From UHGV virus genome UHGV-0157886: DNA of 30,727 nt. One strand, given 5' to 3'. A program made the translations under genes and the position numbers. Origin of the DNA: a virus. Positions 25,752 through 30,727 of the stretch are shown piece by piece. How positions within the stretch are numbered: the stretch's first letter is position 1; the number at the start of each line of letters is the position of its first letter. The notes under the pieces were generated by a model. That model did no database searches. It was not told where the DNA came from and saw only the letters and a list, made by a program, of their open reading frames with translations.

Positions 25752-25766
25752 TTACCTTTGAGGTAC
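25752..25766. promoter_or_regulatory. Operator-like site TTACC-N5-GGTAC (one mismatch), site 4
   Basis: TTACCtttgaGGTAC, between the post-cro terminator and the replication operon. Confidence 0.4.
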
Positions 25767-25770
25767 GAAT

Positions 25771-25800
25771 AGATATGAAAAGACCGCCGGATGGCGGTCT
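25771..25800 (-). terminator. Intrinsic terminator just downstream of cro (tR1-like position)
   Basis: 8-bp stem AGACCGCC / GGCGGTCT with GGAT loop; minus transcript continues UUUCAUAUCU. Confidence 0.6.
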
Positions 25801-25821
25801 ACAGAGGGTTGTGGCTGGATA

Positions 25822-26052
25822 TCATGAGTAGAAGAAGTATGCCAGTTCTGCTTTTGAGCGCAGCCATTGTCTTGATTTACAGGCTTTAAAAAGCCCATCC
25901 ATCAATACCTTACCTGGCATTTTGCGCTTACCTGTTAAGTGAGTCTGGATATAGTGACTCGTCGTTCCGGCTTCCTGTGCGAAGGCTTCACGCTCATCCG
26001 GAGTAAGTGCAAGCCAGTGCTTTTTGAAATCGAAATGTCCGTTATCGCTCAT
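25822..26052 (-). CDS. Cro-like small regulator (76 aa), divergent from the repressor gene
   Basis: Small basic protein with a putative HTH (FAQEAGTTSHYIQTHLTGKR). Transcribed divergently from the CI-like gene across an operator cluster. Family not recognised with certainty. Confidence 0.45.
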   Translation of the reverse strand: MSDNGHFDFKKHWLALTPDEREAFAQEAGTTSHYIQTHLTGKRKMPGKVLMDGLFKACKSRQWLRSKAELAYFFYS

Positions 26053-26088
26053 AGCTATTGCCTGATATTTATTTCAGATAATAAATAT

Positions 26089-26151
26089 TCACCTATAAGG
26101 TAACAAAAATCAAGGATAGTTACCCATGAGGTGCATTTACCTGTTGGGTAA
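26089..26151. promoter_or_regulatory. Immunity operator cluster: three 15-bp inverted repeats (26089-26103 TCACC-N5-GGTAA; 26120-26134 TTACC-N5-GGTGC; 26137-26151 TTACC-N5-GGTAA) between cro and cI
   Basis: OR1-3-like arrangement in the 154-bp divergent intergenic region. Half-site TTACC/GGTAA is shared with the sites elsewhere in the genome. Confidence 0.6.
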
Positions 26152-26206
26152 TATTGCTTTAAATTGAATCATCTTCTGATTCAGATATGAGGCGATTTTC
26201 CAGAAA

Positions 26207-26791
26207 ATGAAAAGTATCCAGGACGTCCGCAGGCAAAATCTCAACGACTTGATCGACCGTGAATTCAATGGTGTTCAGACGCGGATGGCAGAAAAACTTG
26301 GAACTCAGGCAAATCTGGTAAACCGCTGGGCTCTTGGCAAGAAGGTTATCGGCGACCAGGTTGCACGAAAAATTGAAGCTGCCGCCAATAAACCACGTAA
26401 CTGGCTTGATATCGATCGCTCGCTTTCTCAGGAGGGTTTTCAGCCTGTCGGACCAAGCGACATTGGTCAGCTGGCGGCTCACAACCTGGAACGCTGGATG
26501 AGCGAAAGCCGCGACCTTTCAACACAGGGAAAACTTCACCGCGCATCCGGCGTAGCCCAGGTGACAATCAGCCGCCTGTTAAACAATGAGGTCAGCGTTT
26601 CCATTTCCACCCTGGAGAATGTTGCATCCGCATTCGGGCGTCACGGATATGAATTACTGATTCACCCGCACGACCCTGCGACTATCAACTATGACCGCTC
26701 GCGCTACGCATTGTTACCCGAAACCGAGAAAGCAAAGATCGAAAGTTACATTGAATTTGTCATCAACCAGAACGAAAAAAATAAACAATAA
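26207..26791 (+). CDS. CI-like repressor (194 aa) with two HTH-like segments and no S24 peptidase / autocleavage domain
   Basis: HTH_XRE-like segment QTRMAEKLGTQANLVNRWALGKKVIGDQVARKI and a second HTH-like segment ASGVAQVTISRLLNNEVSVSISTLENVASAFG. No Ala-Gly/Ser-Lys protease motifs. No Shine-Dalgarno sequence (possibly leaderless, like lambda cI from PRM). Confidence 0.55.
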   Translation: MKSIQDVRRQNLNDLIDREFNGVQTRMAEKLGTQANLVNRWALGKKVIGDQVARKIEAAANKPRNWLDIDRSLSQEGFQPVGPSDIGQLAAHNLERWMSESRDLSTQGKLHRASGVAQVTISRLLNNEVSVSISTLENVASAFGRHGYELLIHPHDPATINYDRSRYALLPETEKAKIESYIEFVINQNEKNKQ

Positions 26792-26812
26792 AACTATAGT
26801 TTTCAGCAAGTA

Positions 26813-26836
26813 AGCCGCCTCATGGCGGCTTTTTTA
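26813..26836 (+). terminator. Intrinsic terminator after the repressor gene
   Basis: Hairpin AGCCGCC-TCAT-GGCGGCT followed by TTTTTT. Confidence 0.7.
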
Positions 26837-26848
26837 TTGCCATCAAGA

Positions 26849-26925
26849 TTACCTTATGGGTAATTTTTTTAACTCATATCTATTGACATCAAACCAAATA
26901 CGCATAATCATTACCCCAACGGTAA
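26849..26925. promoter_or_regulatory. PL-like early-left promoter region: TTGACA -35 (26883-26888) flanked by two perfect TTACC-N5-GGTAA sites (26849-26863 and 26911-26925)
   Basis: Operator / -35 / AT-rich -10 region (CATAATCA) / operator arrangement directly upstream of the first early-left ORF. The -10 spacing is ambiguous. Confidence 0.5.
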
Positions 26926-26944
26926 CAGACCGAGGTAACAAATT

Positions 26945-27097
26945 ATGCAGTGGAAAATCATCAACGGTTGGTACTGCGTTACTGCATGCGGATTCATGAG
27001 CTGGAAGTTCCGCACCTTACAGGAAGGCATTAAGTGGGCTTTCGTCAGCAAAGAAGCTCGCGATGTGGCCAACGATAACGAGATATGGGAGGGCTGA
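26945..27097 (+). CDS. Small hypothetical protein (50 aa), first gene of the early-left operon; not in the ORF track
   Basis: ATG at 26945 with GAGG 7 nt upstream. Product MQWKIINGWYCVTACGFMSWKFRTLQEGIKWAFVSKEARDVANDNEIWEG. Stop is 2 nt before the next start. Confidence 0.4.
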   Translation: MQWKIINGWYCVTACGFMSWKFRTLQEGIKWAFVSKEARDVANDNEIWEG

Positions 27098-27099
27098 TA

Positions 27100-27399
27100 A
27101 TGAACGTTAATCAGCAGAAAAATCTTCAAAAAATCATGCTGGCATTCGACAAGGACTACCGCCTGTCAGAACAGCTATATGACCGACAAGTTGAACTGAT
27201 TGAGAGTATCCGGCTTCATCAACTGGCCTCAACTTTCGATGTTGTAACAGGCAAAGGCGTTCGCCAGGAAGTACTGGAGGCCGCTAAAGACAGCCCTGAG
27301 TTCGAAGAACTAATGGATGCCTACCGGCGCGAGGCAATGGCAATTATCGCCCGCTGGGATCTGGCTGATCAGATTGATGGGCAGAGGGACGCGGCATGA
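27100..27399 (+). CDS. Hypothetical early protein (99 aa)
   Basis: ATG at 27100 (MNVNQQ...) with GGGAGGG upstream; the track start at 27085 is in-frame but lacks an SD. Stop overlaps the exonuclease start (ATGA). Confidence 0.45.
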   Translation: MNVNQQKNLQKIMLAFDKDYRLSEQLYDRQVELIESIRLHQLASTFDVVTGKGVRQEVLEAAKDSPEFEELMDAYRREAMAIIARWDLADQIDGQRDAA

Positions 27400-28295
27400 T
27401 GCGGAACGCTGGAATCATGGATAGAACAAAATACATCGGAGGAAGCGATGTTGCAGGGATTCTTGGAATTAGCCCATGGCGCACCCCGCTTGAGGTTTAT
27501 CTGGATAAGGTCCAGCCACGTGTCAAACCAGTAGACCCAAGCAAGCAGAAAGTTTTCACGCGTGGCCAGCGTATGGAGCCATACGTAATAGACCTGCTTT
27601 CTGAGGAAACAGGGATGGAAATCGTTCATCGCGGAAACCGCTATATCCACCGTGATTACGATTTTATTGCAGCTGAGATCGATGCAGAAGCAGCGTCAGG
27701 CGAGAACATTGAGATCAAAACAGTTAGTCCGTTCAAAGCCAAAGAATGGGGAGAAATCCAGACAGATGCAATTCCTGTGCATTACACGGCCCAGGCCATG
27801 CACGGGTTGATGGTTACAAACAAACAGGTATGCGTTTTCGGTGTGCTTATCGGTGGCGACGACTTCCGAATCTATCGGGTTGAGCGTGATGAAGAAACTA
27901 TCCAGGCGATCTTAGAAAAAGAAATCGCTTTCTGGGACCGAGTGAAAAATCTTAACCCGCCGGAAGCTACCAGCGTAAGCGATGTATCACTGATGTTTGA
28001 GAAAGATGCCGGGACAAGTATCGAGGCTGACGGAAAGGCACTCGCACTATTCAACGATCTACGAGACATGAAGTCACGCAGAAAATCACTGGAAGAAGAA
28101 ATAGCTATATCAGAAGAGAAGCTGAAGATGTACATGCAAGAGCACTCAGTCCTGACCCTGGACGGAAAGCCGCTCTGCACATGGAAATCTCAGATCAGCA
28201 ACAGATTCGACCAGAAGCTATTCCAGTCAGTACACCCTGAGTTATTCGAAAAATTCAAAACAACAACGACACAACGCGTCTTCAGAATGAAGTAA
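27396..28295 (+). CDS. YqaJ-family viral recombination exonuclease (lambda Exo-like PD-(D/E)XK alkaline exonuclease)
   Basis: N-terminal motif YIGGSDVAGILGISPWRTPLEVY and size (299 aa) are typical of YqaJ-like exonucleases. Immediately upstream of recT. Confidence 0.7.
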   Translation: MMRNAGIMDRTKYIGGSDVAGILGISPWRTPLEVYLDKVQPRVKPVDPSKQKVFTRGQRMEPYVIDLLSEETGMEIVHRGNRYIHRDYDFIAAEIDAEAASGENIEIKTVSPFKAKEWGEIQTDAIPVHYTAQAMHGLMVTNKQVCVFGVLIGGDDFRIYRVERDEETIQAILEKEIAFWDRVKNLNPPEATSVSDVSLMFEKDAGTSIEADGKALALFNDLRDMKSRRKSLEEEIAISEEKLKMYMQEHSVLTLDGKPLCTWKSQISNRFDQKLFQSVHPELFEKFKTTTTQRVFRMK

Positions 28296-28304
28296 GGAGA
28301 AAAA

Positions 28305-29327
28305 ATGTCTATCAATGCACTTAAGGCAGCGGCTACCGGTAACCAAGTTGCACATCATAATGAGAAACCAACAACTCTGGCCGGACTTCTGGCAGACCCA
28401 AAAATTAAAGCTCAGATGGCTTTGGCACTTCCAAAGCACATGACAGCAGACCGTCTGGCGCGCATAGCAACCACAGAGATCCGAAAGGTTCCAAAACTTG
28501 CATCATGCGACCAAGCCAGCTTCCTGGGGGCAATTATGCAATGTGCCCAATTGGGTCTTGAACCAGGCGGAGCTCTTGGACACGCTTACCTGATACCGTT
28601 CGACAAACGCCAGAAAGTAAATGGAAGATGGGAAACCGTATCTACAGAAGCACAGCTGATTATCGGCTATCGCGGAATGATTGACCTTGCCCGCCGCTCT
28701 GGGCAGATCCTGAGTATCTCGGCTCGTACCGTACATACAAACGACAAATTCAGCTACTCATACGGCCTGGAAGAAACGCTCGAGCATTTACCTTGCGAAA
28801 CAGGTGACCGCGGAGAATTAACGCACGTTTACGCCGTTGCACGACTGAAAGATGGCGGAGTCCAATTTGAAGTTATGAGCCGGGCAGACGTTGAGAAAGT
28901 TCGTGCACTGAGCAAAGCCGGTAGCAGTGGCCCATGGGTTGATCACTTCGATGAGATGGCTAAAAAAACAGTAATTCGCCGACTGTTCAAATATCTTCCT
29001 GTTTCTATTGAGATGCAGAAGGCTGTTGTTATGGATGAGCGCGCTGAAGCTGGACTTAGCCAAGATAACGCAGCTGTTATCACTGGTGAATATTCCGTAG
29101 TTGACGATGAGCGTCAACACCTGTCGCCAATTTCAGATTCAGAACGAGAAGAAGCTCGAGAATATATCATCGCGATACTTAATAGCCTGGATCCATCTGC
29201 TGAAGATGCAAAAACGATGTTCAAGCGCGCTGAAAATGAAATTAACACCATGGCTGAAAAGCTCGGTGATGAATATCACCAAAAATTCATGATGACGCTT
29301 AACGATATGCGTCCAGAATTCGAGTAA
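28305..29327 (+). CDS. recT: RecT-family single-strand annealing protein
   Basis: 340 aa with RecT-like core (LGLEPGGALGHAYLIPF...GYRGMIDLARRSG). Paired with the YqaJ exonuclease as in Rac RecET-type modules. Confidence 0.7.
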   Translation: MSINALKAAATGNQVAHHNEKPTTLAGLLADPKIKAQMALALPKHMTADRLARIATTEIRKVPKLASCDQASFLGAIMQCAQLGLEPGGALGHAYLIPFDKRQKVNGRWETVSTEAQLIIGYRGMIDLARRSGQILSISARTVHTNDKFSYSYGLEETLEHLPCETGDRGELTHVYAVARLKDGGVQFEVMSRADVEKVRALSKAGSSGPWVDHFDEMAKKTVIRRLFKYLPVSIEMQKAVVMDERAEAGLSQDNAAVITGEYSVVDDERQHLSPISDSEREEAREYIIAILNSLDPSAEDAKTMFKRAENEINTMAEKLGDEYHQKFMMTLNDMRPEFE

Positions 29328-29376
29328 CCACCACCGCGGCGCCACGCGCGCCGCACTGCAACCAAGAGAGGTATTT

Positions 29377-29625
29377 ATGAAAGGTGCATTAGGTAAGAAG
29401 GAACTCCTGGCGGTGGTGCCACTGTCATGGAGCACTATCGACCGTATGGAGCGCGCAGGTGAATTTCCTAAACGCTGGTATATCACTGACAAACGCTGCG
29501 CATGGAACCGTGACGAAGTTGAGCGTTGGCTTGATGAACGTCAGGCAGCAAGCCCGGCAGAGTTCCAGGGTAAAAAACCTCCTGTTCAGCAACGTGTATA
29601 TCGTCCTGTGAGCAACGCGGCATGA
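29377..29625 (+). CDS. AlpA-family (MerR-like HTH, excisionase-like) phage regulatory protein
   Basis: LSWSTIDRMERAGEFPKRWYITDKRCAWNRDEVERWLDE matches the AlpA / Phage_AlpA pattern from memory. Size 82 aa. Confidence 0.55.
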   Translation: MKGALGKKELLAVVPLSWSTIDRMERAGEFPKRWYITDKRCAWNRDEVERWLDERQAASPAEFQGKKPPVQQRVYRPVSNAA

Positions 29626-29734
29626 GTGTGCTGCTAAGGCACTGGAGCAAATGGTCAGGATGGTACTTATTCCTGGCCTCTGTTTCAGCATGGCTTTATC
29701 TGCTGGCATTAATTTTCAGAGAGGGTTGGATTAA

Positions 29735-30034
29735 GTGAGAAAGTTAAGCCGACTTGAAAAATATCACATGAACAAGGTTTCAATGCGCAGTCCGTCAAAG
29801 ATTGTCGCCGTTACTCCTGCGGCGATAGAGATCGAAAAACGCGCGATTGAAAGAGAGAAAAAAGGGCAGTTCCGCATTGCCGCTCACCTTTGGCTTCAGT
29901 GTATGGATGTTGCTTCTGGTGATGTTGAGCGTGCAAGGATCGCGGTTCGCAGGGACCAATGTATCACAAAAGGTAACGGCCTTCGCCGTGGAGACTATAG
30001 CGGTATAGGATGTTGCGGGGTGGTTTATGACTAA
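29735..30034 (+). CDS. PerC-family-like small transcriptional activator (99 aa)
   Basis: Pattern HLWLQCMDVA...ERARIAVRRDQC resembles the PerC/Pch W..M....ER....RR..C signature as I recall it. GTG start at 29735 or ATG at 29768. Confidence 0.4.
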   Translation: MRKLSRLEKYHMNKVSMRSPSKIVAVTPAAIEIEKRAIEREKKGQFRIAAHLWLQCMDVASGDVERARIAVRRDQCITKGNGLRRGDYSGIGCCGVVYD

Positions 30035-30677
30035 GAAATACACACTAATCTATGCAGATCCACCCTGGGTATACCGGGACAAAGCCGCAGATGGTAATCG
30101 CGGTGCCGGTTTTAAATATCCGGTTATGAGTGTGATGGATATCTGCCGCCTTCCTGTGTGGGATTTGTCCGATGAAAACTGTCTGTTGGCCATGTGGTGG
30201 GTGCCAACACAACCACTCGAAGCACTAAAAGTTGTTGAAGCCTGGGGGTTCCGTCTGATGACCATGAAGGGCTTCACGTGGATAAAATGTGGTAGTCGAC
30301 AACCAGATAAACTGGTTATGGGTATGGGACACATGACTCGCGCCAATAGTGAAGATTGCCTGTTTGCAGTTAAGGGAAAACTACCTCCGCGCATTAATGC
30401 AGGGATCGTTCAGTCATTTACCGCACCGCGGCTTGAGCATTCAAGAAAACCAGATGTCGTTCGTGAAAAACTTGTGCAATTGTTAGGCGATGTTTCTCGC
30501 ATTGAACTGTTCGCCCGCCAGTCGTCTCATGGCTTCGATGTTTGGGGTAATCAGTGCGAAGACCCGGCAGTGCAACTACACCCCGGATACGCGTTGGATA
30601 TTGGCGGATTAACAAATGCATTCAGCAATGCTCCGCTGTCACCAACAGACAACCAGGGGCGGGAGCGTGCAGCATGA
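30027..30677 (+). CDS. MT-A70-family DNA N6-adenine methyltransferase
   Basis: Catalytic DPPW motif in LIYADPPWVY near the N-terminus. Size 216 aa, typical of phage Dam-like MT-A70 enzymes. Confidence 0.7.
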   Translation: MTKKYTLIYADPPWVYRDKAADGNRGAGFKYPVMSVMDICRLPVWDLSDENCLLAMWWVPTQPLEALKVVEAWGFRLMTMKGFTWIKCGSRQPDKLVMGMGHMTRANSEDCLFAVKGKLPPRINAGIVQSFTAPRLEHSRKPDVVREKLVQLLGDVSRIELFARQSSHGFDVWGNQCEDPAVQLHPGYALDIGGLTNAFSNAPLSPTDNQGRERAA

Positions 30678-30727
30678 ACAGGGCATCACCAGCAGATTTA
30701 AGGAAATGCCTTGAAACTGCAAACATG
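30674..30727 (+). CDS. Start of a further early-left ORF (partial, runs off the right edge)
   Basis: ATG at 30674 overlapping the MTase stop (ATGA); open to the window end. Too short to identify. Confidence 0.3.
   Translation, partial: MNRASPADLRKCLETANM

Noticed and set aside
26062-26077. Weak LexA-like CTG-N10-CAG element (CTGAtatttattTCAG) overlapping the cro start region
   Set aside because: Both flanking positions of the conserved CTGT/ACAG cores are mismatched. Far weaker than the site at 995-1014 and likely fortuitous in AT-rich sequence.
26159-26482. Minus-strand 107-aa ORF in the ORF track
   Set aside because: Antisense to the CI-like repressor gene and overlapping the operator region. 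No independent support.
29651-29734. Possible 28-aa hydrophobic peptide ORF between the AlpA-like and PerC-like genes
   Set aside because: Shine-Dalgarno spacing is poor (3 nt) and the peptide is very short. Insufficient evidence to call.
1-30727. Integrase, attachment sites, Shiga toxin or other obvious cargo toxin, phage RNA polymerase, endolysin
   Set aside because: I looked for these and found no ORF with recognisable signatures of any of them. The prophage ends are presumably outside the window; absence is limited by by-eye inspection.

Overview
The window is almost entirely one temperate-phage (prophage) genome segment of mosaic type: a lambdoid early/immunity region joined to a T7-like podovirus virion module. 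Minus strand, read from high to low coordinates: Cro-like regulator, a terminator, a small Zn-ribbon ORF, lambda O-like initiator (with ori iterons inside the gene) and lambda P-like helicase loader, DUF1064, Ea22-like, DUF551 and small ORFs, small and large terminase, portal, scaffold, major capsid, tail tubular A/B-like proteins, five internal virion/ejection proteins, two small membrane proteins, and the 5' part of a tail fibre gene running off the left edge. Plus strand: a CI-like two-HTH repressor with no peptidase domain, divergent from cro, then an early-left operon (YqaJ exonuclease, RecT, AlpA-like, PerC-like, MT-A70 methyltransferase). A plus-strand tRNA-Arg(UCU) island sits antisense in the terminase-portal gap. 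The strongest non-genic signals are (1) a 15-17 bp inverted repeat ATTACC-N5-GGTAAT, perfect at 9 sites and imperfect at 3 more, found only in regulatory gaps at the head of every transcription unit; (2) a near-consensus LexA box driving a small convergent ORF inside the tail region, which with the non-cleavable repressor suggests an SOS-controlled antirepressor; (3) a perfect 12-bp palindrome GTGACATGTCAC present three times at 3' ends of minus-strand units. No integrase, att site, CRISPR array, recognisable endolysin or Q antiterminator was found in the window. All homology statements are from reading the translations and from memory of the named families; no database search was run.
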